A stretch of DNA of 62,791 bases, filler included. It is 8 parts of 8 records of this genome, joined end to end, with 100 filler letters (N's around TTAATTAATTAA, not from the genome) between each part and the next. Parts side by side here need not be neighbours in the genome. Positions count along the whole stretch, not along the records: positions 10,961 to 18,938 come from SRR31147125_19126; positions 19,039 to 27,965 come from SRR31147125_19135; 6 more parts are not named here. One strand, written 5' to 3'. A model generated the notes under the pieces. It saw only the letters and a program-made list of their open reading frames with translations. It was not told the origin of the DNA and searched no databases. Both the position numbers and the translations under genes were made by a program. Shown piece by piece: positions 11,038 to 20,647 of the stretch (the first letter of the stretch is position 1; every line of letters begins with the position of its first letter).

Positions 11038-11547
11038 ATGGAATATAATGAAAAGTTAGAATCTAATAAAGAAAAAATTACTAAGCAAATCGAAGTAATT
11101 TTTAATAAGTATAAGGTTCAAACTGTAGGTTGGGACTATATAGATTGTATTGTTATGAAAGAAAACGCTAAAGACTTTGTTGAGGAAATAAGCGCTTTGG
11201 GGATTCTTATTCATGCGATAAGTTGGTGGTGCTATGTTAATCCAAAAGAATCTAATAGAAGAGGATGCCCGCATGGTTACGGCGGACCAAGATCGAAGTT
11301 TTATGAAGGGTGGTTTAGTGAACTTCCTCATAATTTTTATCAAATAAATAAAGGTACACTAAATCAAATACTTCAGTATTATGAAAGCCAGCTCATATAT
11401 TCAACGAATTTAAATACCTTCAAAGAATATAAAAGAATCATTGATTCACCATTTAGATATATGCCAAACGAGTATATTCCGGTAAACGATTGTATTACAC
11501 CGGCATTTTGGCTGTATGTTCCAGATGATTGGAGAAGAATTGAATAA
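11038..11547 (+). CDS. Hypothetical protein
   Basis: 169-aa ORF with distinctive SWWCY and GCPHGYGGP segments; function not recognised. Confidence 0.7.
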   Translation: MEYNEKLESNKEKITKQIEVIFNKYKVQTVGWDYIDCIVMKENAKDFVEEISALGILIHAISWWCYVNPKESNRRGCPHGYGGPRSKFYEGWFSELPHNFYQINKGTLNQILQYYESQLIYSTNLNTFKEYKRIIDSPFRYMPNEYIPVNDCITPAFWLYVPDDWRRIE

Positions 11548-11719
11548 CAATAGCAACTAGAAATCAACTTAGTCAAACACCGGTCATTTTATTATGGAAA
11601 GTGAAGTTTTGAACACCCCAAACTATCAATTTATAACATTTTAGGTAAAAAAACTTTATTAAATTAAGAAATAGTGTTATTATATTTACATTAAATAAAG
11701 TCATAAATATAATAAAATT

Positions 11720-12178
11720 ATGAGGAGCAGCAAAATGGATGCTATCGATGTAGGCATATTAAATATCTTGCAGCATAACGCCAGAACTTCAGTAAAGGAC
11801 ATCAGTGACCAGGTCTCTCTGTCGGCGCCTTCGGTAAAAGAAAGAATAAACAAGATGATGGATTCCGGACTTATACGGGAATTCACTGCCGTGCTGGAGC
11901 CAAAAAAGCTGGGTAAAAACCTTACTGCATTCATGTTCTTAACGCTGAAAAGACCAAACGTAAACGACAAATTCCTAAACATGATAGAGTCAGAACAAGA
12001 TGTGCTTTTCTGCTATTACCTGACCGGAGATTTCGATTATATGATTCAGATAGTAACCGATGATTCGGCAAGGCTTGAGCAGGTATTATCTAAGATAAAG
12101 AGCACTCAGGAAGTTGCAAGAACACGAACGGTGATAGCGCTGTCTACAAAAAAAGAAAAACACTCTGTTGCGCCTTAA
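11720..12178 (+). CDS. Lrp/AsnC-family regulator, likely controlling ald
   Basis: MDAIDVGILNILQHNAR...VSLSAPSVKERI and LTGDFDY motifs; directly upstream of ald. Confidence 0.92.
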   Translation: MRSSKMDAIDVGILNILQHNARTSVKDISDQVSLSAPSVKERINKMMDSGLIREFTAVLEPKKLGKNLTAFMFLTLKRPNVNDKFLNMIESEQDVLFCYYLTGDFDYMIQIVTDDSARLEQVLSKIKSTQEVARTRTVIALSTKKEKHSVAP

Positions 12179-12201
12179 ATTAATTATTTAGGAGCTGCAT
12201 T

Positions 12202-13307
12202 ATGATTATTGGTGTACCTAAAGAAGTAAAAAACAACGAAAACAGAGTTTCACTTACGCCGGCGGGCGTCCACAAGCTTAAAGAAGAAGGACATAAAATA
12301 GTTGTACAAAGAGGCGCAGGAGTCGGCGGCGGTCTGGCTGATGAAGAATATATTAAGCAGGGCGCTGAAATGGCAGAGACAGCAAAGGAAGTCTTTGACA
12401 CAGCCGATATAATAGTTAAAGTAAAAGAACCGATAGAGAGCGAATACGAACTTTTCAAACAAGGTCAAAACCTTTTTACATATCTACACCTCGCACCAAA
12501 CAAAAAACTCACACAGATGCTTCTTGAAAAAGAAATCACGGGAATAGCTTACGAAACGCTTCAGCTTGCTGACGGCTCTCTTCCGCTGCTTATACCTATG
12601 AGCGAAGTTGCAGGGCGGATGTCTATACAGGTCGCCGCTATGCTCCAGCAGAAGTATTATGGAGGAAGGGGAATGCTTCTTAGCGGAATCCCGGGCGTTC
12701 TTCCGGCAGAGGTCGTGATTATAGGAGGCGGTATCGTTGGCAGCAATGCTGCACAGATGGCTGCAGGTATGGGGGCCAATGTTACAGTAATAGACACGAA
12801 TCAACGCCGTCTTGCAGAGCTTGACAACTTATACAGAGGTTCGATCAACACGCTGATGTCCAACCCGTATAACGTCGCTAAAGCTGTTCAAAAGGCAGAC
12901 GTGCTTATAGGAGCAGTGCTGGTAGCAGGGGCAAAAGCGCCAAAGACAGTGAGCGAAGCAATGGTAAAGAGCATGAAACAGGGTTCTGTTATAGTTGACG
13001 TCGCCATAGATCAGGGGGGACAGTCGAGACTATAGACAGGATAACGACGCACGACAACCCGTCTTATGTAAAACACGGTGTCGTGCACTATTCTGTGGCA
13101 AATATGCCGGGCGCAGTTGCTTATACGTCCACACAGGGGCTTACGGGCGTTACGCTGCCTTGGCTGGAGATGCTTGCAAGTAAAGGCATTGAGAACGCAA
13201 TAAGGGAAAGTGAGCCGCTAAAGAAAGCGCTTAACACTTATAAGGGCATGGTAGTCTGCAAACCGGTCGCAGATGCACTCGGATATCCTTACAGTATTTT
13301 CGAATAA
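12202..13307 (+). CDS. ald: Alanine dehydrogenase, frameshifted at the G-run near 13015
   Basis: MIIGVPKEVKNNENRV, PMSEVAGRMS, IIGGGIVG, VDVAIDQGG; continues in another frame as HYSVANMPGAV. Confidence 0.95.
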
Positions 13308-13322
13308 ATCTAAAGATGAATG

Positions 13323-13351
13323 GACTGCTCTAGTACGGGCAGTCTTTTTTT
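13323..13351 (+). terminator. Intrinsic terminator after ald
   Basis: GACTGCTC-TAGTAC-GGGCAGTC followed by a T run. Confidence 0.85.
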
Positions 13352-13406
13352 GTAACAATCAAAAAGTTTTTGTGGTATAATATAGCTATTAAGGGGAGGG
13401 AATATA

Positions 13407-14569
13407 ATGGCAAAATTCGTAATAGTGGTAATGGACAGTGTAGGAATAGGGGAACTACCCGATGCCGCAGAATACGGAGACCAAGGTTCAAATACAGTAG
13501 GAAACATATTGAAGCACGCAGGGCTGCACATACCAAACCTTGCAGAGCTTGGGATGGCCCGCCTTGTTGAAGGTTTGGAATCGGATAAGATAACAGGAGC
13601 ATTTGGAAGAGCGGAAGAGAAGTTTGCGGGCAAGGACACGACAGGAGGACACTTTGAAATAGCAGGGCTGGTTCTAGACAAGCCGTTTCCAGTTTTTCCG
13701 GACGGTTTTCCTGCAGAGTTTATGGAACGCTTCGAAGAGGCAGTCGGCAGAAAAATTATCGGCAACTATCCGGCTTCGGGCACAGAGATAATACAAAAGC
13801 TTGGTAAACAGCACGTAGAAACGGGCGCACTTATTGTATATACTTCAGCGGACAGCGTTTTTCAGATAGCGATGCATGAAAAAGTTATACCGATTGAAGA
13901 GCAGTACAGAATATGCGAAACTGCAAGAAAGATGCTGGTAGGTGATCTTGCCGTCGGGCGTGTAATATGCCGTCCGTTCGTAGGCACAGAAGGCAACTAT
14001 GTTAGAACGAAAAACCGAAAAGATTATTCGTTCGAGCCGCCGGGCGTTACTATACTTTCGGCGCTTGAAGCGGCAGGATACGAAGTTGCAGGTGTTGGAA
14101 AGATAGAGGATATCTTTGCCGGTGTGGGGCTTACGAAGACAAACCATACTACTGATAATGACAGCGGAATAAGTGCGACGATAGAATTCATTAAACAAGA
14201 CTTCGACGGCGGTCTGATTTTTACCAATCTCGTAGACTTTGACATGCTGTACGGACACAGGAATAACGTTGAAGGTTACAGAGACGCTCTGGAGGCTCTG
14301 GACAGCCGTGTACCGGAGGTCATTGATGCGTTGCACGATGAAGATATAGTGATATTTACAGCAGATCACGGCTGTGACCCTACAACTAAAAGCACTGACC
14401 ATTCAAGAGAGTATATACCAATTCTCGTTTACGGAAACAACGTAAAGCCGGGGTGGATATAGGCACAAGAAAAACGTTTGCAGATATTGCAGCAACGGTG
14501 GCTGAGTTCTTTGGTCTGCCTAAGTGGAGTGAAGGGGAGTCGTTCCTAAGTGAAATAACGAAAGGATAA
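13407..14569 (+). CDS. deoB: Phosphopentomutase, frameshifted at the G-run near 14450
   Basis: VMDSVGIG, GKDTTGGHFE, NLVDFDMLYGHR and TADHGCDP motifs; the tail GTRKTFADIAAT is in another frame. Confidence 0.95.
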
Positions 14570-14574
14570 ATATT

Positions 14575-15393
14575 ATGACGATTGACAGAATAAACAGCGC
14601 TTATGATTATTTAAGCAAGAACGTAAAAGCAAGACCTGAAGTTTGTATTGTCCTCGGAAGCGGACTTGGCAGTTATGCGGGTTCTATTGAAGATGCAGAG
14701 ATAATTGAATATAAGGACATACCTGGCTTTCCCGTGTCCACAGTGCCCGGGCACGCAGGCAGGCTTATATTCGGCAAAAAACATGGCGTAAGCATAGCGT
14801 GTATGCAGGGAAGATTCCACTGCTATGAAGGCTACAGCGCCGCAGAGACGGTAATACCTCTGCGCTCTCTTATAAAGCTCGGTTTAAAGAAACTGCTGAT
14901 AACTAATGCAGCCGGAGGAATAAACACGGACTTCGACCCGGGCGATATAATGATAATCAAAGACCATATTAACTTTACGTTTTTAAACCCGCTGGAAGGA
15001 CCGAACCTTGACGAATTCGGACCTAGATTCCCGGATATGTCTTATGCATATGACAAAAAGCTGGTAACCGCTCTTCTGGATGCAGCAAAGGACAACGGTA
15101 TAAAAGTAAGACAAGGCGTTTACATGATGTTTAAAGGGCCGTCTTTTGAAACTCCGTCAGAAATCAAAGCTGCGAAACTGCTTGGTGCAGACGCAGCCGG
15201 TATGTCGTCTGTGCCTGAGATAATTACGGCAGCGCATGCAGGCGTAGCTTCCTGTGCATTGTCGTGTATAACCAACATGGCAGCGGGCATACTCGACCAG
15301 CCGCTCAGCCACGAGGAGGTAATGGAGACAGGGAAGATAGCCGCAGACAATATAAAGACGTTGATAGACGGATTTTTAAAACTAGTAGGATAA
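14575..15393 (+). CDS. punA: Purine nucleoside phosphorylase (trimeric type)
   Basis: VLGSGLG, STVPGHAG, QGRFHCYEG, TNAAGG, GPSFET and ITNMAAG motifs. Confidence 0.95.
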   Translation: MTIDRINSAYDYLSKNVKARPEVCIVLGSGLGSYAGSIEDAEIIEYKDIPGFPVSTVPGHAGRLIFGKKHGVSIACMQGRFHCYEGYSAAETVIPLRSLIKLGLKKLLITNAAGGINTDFDPGDIMIIKDHINFTFLNPLEGPNLDEFGPRFPDMSYAYDKKLVTALLDAAKDNGIKVRQGVYMMFKGPSFETPSEIKAAKLLGADAAGMSSVPEIITAAHAGVASCALSCITNMAAGILDQPLSHEEVMETGKIAADNIKTLIDGFLKLVG

Positions 15394-15565
15394 AAAACAT
15401 AAAAGTTTGAGCATGGGCTTCCGGGCTTTTTAATAGATTAATGAATGTGTAGATAATGACTATGTCAGCTATTTATTGATATATAAATAATAATTATTGA
15501 AAAACAATAAAAAACTTGTTATAATAGAGCTGTGATGATTAAGTGAATCATCACAGGAGTAATTT

Positions 15566-16440
15566 ATGACTAAAAAATTCTTGTATTCGAAACGCAAGCT
15601 TATAAGACGTATTATAATACTTGGTTTGGTACTGGCGCTTATGCTTTTAATATTAGCCGCTTTCAACAATGGACTAGTTATCAGGAAATACGAAGTTCAA
15701 AGCGATAAGATACCTTCAGGCACCAGTCTTCGGATAGTTGTCATAGCTGATCTTCACAGCGTTTACTTTGGGGATAATCAGGAGAGACTGATAAATAAAA
15801 TTAAGAATCAGAAGCCGGATATGATAGCGCTTGTTGGCGATATTATAGACGACCACGAAAGTGAAGAGGGAGCAATCGTTTTCCTCGAAGGTATTCAGGG
15901 AATAGCGCCGACTTACTATGTACTGGGTAATCACGAGATATGGTCAGGCGAATATCAGCGTATGATGGATCTGGTTTCGAGCTACGGATACATTGTTCTT
16001 TCCAATGAAAGTGAATACACAACTATGAACGGTATAGACCTATGCATTTGCGGTACAGACGATCCGGATATTCTTGAGTATTCAAATGAGGAGGAAATAC
16101 GCTCCATGCTGTCTGATGAAGAGTTGTTATACGTTTTTTCCCAGATTGACGAGAACACGTTCAATATTCTTCTTGCACACCGTCCAGAGCGCTATCATAT
16201 ATATCAGCAATACGATTTTGACCTCGTTTTCAGCGGTCATGCTCACGGGGGCAAATACGTATACCCGGAATAATCAATGGTCTATTTGCTCCGAACCAAG
16301 GCTTGTTCCCTAAATACGCAGGAGGAGAGTATAAAGAAAACGGCCAGACTATGATAGTCAGCCGTGGTCTTTCGTTCAACGAAATTGTACCGAGAGTTTT
16401 TAACCCGCCGGAAATAGTAGTTGTTGATTTAAAAAGCTAA
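15566..16440 (+). CDS. Membrane-anchored calcineurin-like metallophosphoesterase (YkuE-like), frameshifted near 16250
   Basis: ADLH, VGD, GNHE, LAH and SGHAHGG motifs; the corrected frame continues QIRIPG...PRVFNPPEIVVVDLKS*. Confidence 0.9.
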
Positions 16441-16494
16441 CCGACAACTTTTTTCAATAAACGTCCATTAAGCGTTTTGCCTGTAGTTATATGC

Positions 16495-16908
16495 TTATTT
16501 CTTAAAGTCAGGTTTTGTTAATGACGGATCTTTAACGACTTTAGCGCTTTCTTTAACCGGTTCTGCTCCAATAGTCATATTACCCTTGTATACGACGCCT
16601 TTTTCTGCTTGTATGGAAGCTGCGTTTACATCGCCGTTAAGTTTAGCGCTTGCAAACAGAGTCAATCCGCCCGCTGCGGTAACGTTGCCATTGACTATTC
16701 CTGCGATCTGTACATCCATACCGTTTACAGCGCCTTCTACAAGAGCGTTTGGTCCGATATGTACGTTTCCTGTAGCGTTGACATTACCGTTTACGCGTCC
16801 GTCAACTTTAATATTGCTTTTTGTCTTCAAATCTCCGGTAATAACTGATTCTGTAGAGATGTATACATCCATCTTTGTAGAGTTGTCCTGAAAAATGCCC
16901 TTTGCCAT
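16495..16908 (-). CDS. Bactofilin (polymer-forming cytoskeletal protein)
   Basis: Beta-helix repeats ITGDLKTKSNIKVDGRVNGNV...VEGAV...LNGDV. Confidence 0.92.
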   Translation of the reverse strand: MAKGIFQDNSTKMDVYISTESVITGDLKTKSNIKVDGRVNGNVNATGNVHIGPNALVEGAVNGMDVQIAGIVNGNVTAAGGLTLFASAKLNGDVNAASIQAEKGVVYKGNMTIGAEPVKESAKVVKDPSLTKPDFKK

Positions 16909-17102
16909 TTTTTACTACCTCCATGATTGATTATAAATAATTACTATATTATTATATCAGACAATGTGGAATAAAAAAGGTGGTTAAAGAATTTTTAAAG
17001 TTCCAATTATCGCTGTTATACTAAAAATTGCTCATAATATGGCTATAAATAGCATAATACGCATAAAATTGACACGATATTTTCTATAATGTATTTTACT
17101 TA

Positions 17103-17315
17103 CTAGAGTTGCTGCTGCTGAAGTGCTTTTAAGTCATCCGCATATGCTGCGGCATTCACTGCTGACGATATCGCAAATCCGACACATACAATTACTATTA
17201 AGACCAAAGCGCCTATTAAAAAAGTGAAACTACGGCGGCTTAAATTCATTACAGAAGTTTTTTTACTTGCATTCGTTTCTGAAGATATTATTATACTAAT
17301 GTGTTCTTTTCTCAT
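17103..17315 (-). CDS. Small single-TM protein (about 70 aa) sharing an N-terminal motif with the upstream NlpC/P60 protein
   Basis: Likely start MRKEHISIIISS after an AAGGA RBS; TM helix, then short helical tail. Confidence 0.6.
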   Translation of the reverse strand: MRKEHISIIISSETNASKKTSVMNLSRRSFTFLIGALVLIVIVCVGFAISSAVNAAAYADDLKALQQQQL

Positions 17316-17326
17316 TTTATTTGTCC

Positions 17327-18736
17327 TTATTCCGGGCGTGCGTACATGAATATTTTCCATGTTTTCCCGTCTTTGCCCCAAAGCGGACGAATAACAACGC
17401 ATCCGTTTCGAGAGCTAGCATCAATTATCTTTCCATCTCCAATATATATACCAACGTGATGGATCTCATTCCATCTTCCGCAGTTGCAGTCTTTCTTTGA
17501 CCAGAATATAAGGTCGCCTGGCATAAGGTCGGACTCTTCGATTTCATAGCCGTTGTCGAAACAGTATCTTGCCTGCTCTGCAGAAGAAGTAGGGATAGAT
17601 ATACCTGCCTGATTATAAACCCACCATGAAAAGTATGAGCAGTCAACATAATTTTCGATTCCTCTTTTTGATTTAGAGTAAGGGCTTCCCAGTCTTATAA
17701 GAGCCGCTTTTACTACTTCTGCACCTTTTGTGTCCGGGAGATTTTGAATTATTTGTTGAACATCTGCATTGTTCATACCGCCAAAAACGTCTACGCCAAG
17801 AAGCTCGTTAAAATATATATAGTAATCAGAAGACATGAGCTGCTCAATCTTTTTCTGCTGTTCTATATCGAGATCGAAAAGCTCTGACCCTTCTGAATAT
17901 GTTAGGCTGTTTATACTGATATAGACATATAAAACAACATCTCCTGTATCTTGGTTAGGCGCCTCTATGACAGCAATGCTCTCCTTGTTCATACTAGTGT
18001 AGATTTCACTTAGAAGCTCCAGCCTGTTCGATGGAACGCTTAGCAGCTTCTGGTCATCATCATACATAGTTTTGGCTACGAAAACAGACAAAACATCAGC
18101 CCAGTTATTTACAATTTCACTGTCTCCTTCAAAGTCTCTATCATAGAGGATATGATACTCAACAGGCTCTCCCTTGATAATATCTGACAATATTTTCTCA
18201 TTTATCTTTTTTTCAAATTCTTTATTTATGATATCAATAGCATCTTTCATTGATACGCTGACAATTTGATTGGATGCACTGTAATCGTCAACCGTTTCTT
18301 CTCTAACCATAGTGAGCTTCTCTGACGAAGGGCCGGATGAAGCAGTTTCGCTTTTTACCTCATAAGAATCGTTCATACGTGGCAGCATTTCAGCAGCTTC
18401 ATAATCAGGCAATGTGTCGACAAGAGAAACTGATATCTTTATAGGAGTTTCTTCCTCAGTTTGCAATGCCGGTTCACTGCTGTATTCAATTGAGCAGATT
18501 TCCTCTTCAGTGCTTAGCTGTGCAATGCATAAAGAATATTCTTTCATTTTTAACCTTGAAAAAGTTATTATACTTATACAAAGCCCTAACGTTATGACCA
18601 TAGCGCAAACTGATGTGACAAGTGACCTCTTCGATATACTGTAGACATGGGCACGTTTCCTTGCATCTGCTTGTGAAGATATTATTATACTGTACCGTTC
18701 TTTTGCTAATACTGGTTTTTTCACATATTTCTCCAA
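17327..18736 (-). CDS. Membrane-anchored NlpC/P60 (C40) cell-wall hydrolase
   Basis: C-terminal LGSPYS...YVDCS...PGDLIFW...HHVGIYIG; N-terminal TM segment. Confidence 0.9.
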   Translation of the reverse strand: MEKYVKKPVLAKERYSIIISSQADARKRAHVYSISKRSLVTSVCAMVITLGLCISIITFSRLKMKEYSLCIAQLSTEEEICSIEYSSEPALQTEEETPIKISVSLVDTLPDYEAAEMLPRMNDSYEVKSETASSGPSSEKLTMVREETVDDYSASNQIVSVSMKDAIDIINKEFEKKINEKILSDIIKGEPVEYHILYDRDFEGDSEIVNNWADVLSVFVAKTMYDDDQKLLSVPSNRLELLSEIYTSMNKESIAVIEAPNQDTGDVVLYVYISINSLTYSEGSELFDLDIEQQKKIEQLMSSDYYIYFNELLGVDVFGGMNNADVQQIIQNLPDTKGAEVVKAALIRLGSPYSKSKRGIENYVDCSYFSWWVYNQAGISIPTSSAEQARYCFDNGYEIEESDLMPGDLIFWSKKDCNCGRWNEIHHVGIYIGDGKIIDASSRNGCVVIRPLWGKDGKTWKIFMYARPE

Positions 18737-18938
18737 GTAGTTTTTAGGCCTATGTTCTTATATAAACGGTTTAAAAATTTTGAAAACACAAATTTTTTGA
18801 AATATATGAAAAAATCTAGCTCAAAAAAAGAATAAAGTAATTATTCAAACGATTAGGGTATAACTTTATTTTCTTTATTTCTAATAGAAAGAGAAGAAAT
18901 GACTGTAAAAATGATGAAAATCAACATTATAGCTGCGA

Positions 18939-19038
18939 NNNNNNNNNNNNNNNNNNNNNNNNNNNNNNNNNNNNNNNNNNNNTTAATTAATTAANNNNNN
19001 NNNNNNNNNNNNNNNNNNNNNNNNNNNNNNNNNNNNNN
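18939..19038. other. Artificial contig spacer
   Basis: N-run with TTAATTAATTAA. Confidence 0.99.
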
Positions 19039-19123
19039 GAACCATGATGAATCCCGAAAGCTTTCGGGAATCCGCTTGTCCGGAGGTGTGGAGAGGGTGG
19101 GAGTAAGATCCGCCCTTACCGAT
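19039..19123 (+). mobile_element. Degenerate group IIC intron 3' end (DV/DVI) containing a palindrome
   Basis: GAACC...CCGCTTGTCCGGAGGTGTGGAGAGGG...CCCTTACCGAT resembles class C DV-DVI; TCCCGAAAGCTTTCGGGA at 19052-19069; related copy at 25616. Confidence 0.6.
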
Positions 19124-19146
19124 TAGCTGGTGTTTTATAAGCTAAA

Positions 19147-19613
19147 CTAAACTAAACATTTTTTCAATAGAACTAATTGTCCTAAATGATATGCATTATG
19201 ATCAGCAATTAATAATATTTCTCGAAATATTGTATATTTTGGTGCATGAGAAAGTGGAGAATATAAATTAGTATCTGGATTCGTTAGTATATCTGCTGCT
19301 GAGTTAAGATCTGACAAGAGATTTTCAACTGTACTTTTCCATACGTTTTTACTCGCTTTTATTTCTTTTAACGGCCAATACTCATCGGGCCACTTTGGGG
19401 ATACATGATTTGGATTATTAATGAATTCAATAATATCCCATTGTGCGATTCTCATATGTTCTAATAATTTCAGGGAGTATAATCAACATGTGGCAACTGC
19501 CTATTTATATGTTTGAGAGGATAATCTTTTAAAGTTCGTTCAATAGATAAATGAGCATTCTGACCTTTAAGTAAGAATAGCAATTGTTCTCTAATTATTT
19601 TTTCAGAATCCAT
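19147..19613 (-). CDS. DinB/YfiT-family protein, with a 1-nt deletion near 19470
   Basis: MDSEKIIREQLLFLLKGQNAH...YTP(W)KLLEHMRIAQWDI...REILLIADHNAYHLGQL, with the DinB His motifs. Confidence 0.85.
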
Positions 19614-19717
19614 AATTGTGTTATTTCTCCATTAATAATAGTCATTAATTTTCTTTTTACACCCCGTTTTAATATCATCTAAGCAGAAATCACAACTAGA
19701 AGACAATATATTCATTT

Positions 19718-20168
19718 CAAAATCCATGATCTTGACAAGACCTTTTTCTGTGAGCATTATATTGCCGCTTTTGATATCCCGGTGAATAACACCCTTTTCA
19801 TGCGCTGCATGTAATCCTTCGGCAGCTTGTCTGGCGATTTTAATGGCTTCTTTGAGCTTTAACGGCCCGGATTGGAATTTTTCCCTTAATGTCTATCCCT
19901 CAATGTATTCCATGGCAATGAACATATCGCCCTCATGTACATCAATCCCGTAAACCGTGGCAATGTTCGGGTGGTTCAACGCCGCCGCAGCCTGGGCTTC
20001 TTGGATAAAGCGGGCTTTGTCCTCATCTGAACCAACCGCATTCGACGGTAAAAACTTGAGCGCTACCGTGCGTTTGAGTTTGGTATCCTCAGCTTTGTAA
20101 ACAACATCCATTCCGCCCTGGCCGAGTTTTTTTACTATTCGATAGTGGGATATTTCCTTTCCAATCAT
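19718..20168 (-). pseudogene. Truncated Hanks-type Ser/Thr kinase pseudogene
   Basis: GGMDVVY (G to D), in-frame TAG at 19893-19895 where GQTL is expected, a frameshift after HRDIKSGN, and homology ending at KIMDF. Confidence 0.85.
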
Positions 20169-20243
20169 CTCTATCTCATATTAATTTTTTTGAAATGATA
20201 CTTTAATTGATTGCTCAAAACACTTTTGTCAAATTGTTCCTGT

Positions 20244-20585
20244 CTAATCTTCGATAATGATTTTCGGTGTAGAATATCCCTCGGCAAAATCATTACCAAA
20301 TCCACAATAAACGGAATATGGAAAGGTACCTGTGCTTGTATTAACCGTAAATGAATCAGTCATTCCGTCTTGCCCAACATGGATGAGTAAATTTTTATCT
20401 ATTTCACCAAACAATACATCAGCATTAGGAACAAAAACGACACTATTTGTATTTTTAGTATAAAAGCTTACAGTATCGCCTTTTCTGAGATAGAGAATAG
20501 GCGGCAACACAGCATTTTTTTTAGGTTGATTTTTCATATCTATGTCAAAGACAATCTGTACATGAAATAAAATTGGATCTCTCAT
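20244..20585 (-). CDS. Hypothetical beta-rich protein, possibly cupredoxin-like fold
   Basis: 113 aa, LRKGDTVSF...GTFPYSVYC...PKIII; GGAG RBS. Confidence 0.65.
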   Translation of the reverse strand: MRDPILFHVQIVFDIDMKNQPKKNAVLPPILYLRKGDTVSFYTKNTNSVVFVPNADVLFGEIDKNLLIHVGQDGMTDSFTVNTSTGTFPYSVYCGFGNDFAEGYSTPKIIIED

Positions 20586-20647
20586 AATTATGCTCTCCTT
20601 TTTACTTAATTATGATTTAGATAATATGCCAATGACCAAAAGATTAA

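Noticed and set aside
19465-19475. TGA in dinB as selenocysteine
   Set aside because: The downstream sequence is in a different frame; a missing G in TGG (Trp) explains it.
19893-19895. In-frame TAG as pyrrolysine or stop-codon readthrough
   Set aside because: The same gene has a Gly-loop substitution, a frameshift and a truncation, and other genes on the contig end in TAG normally.
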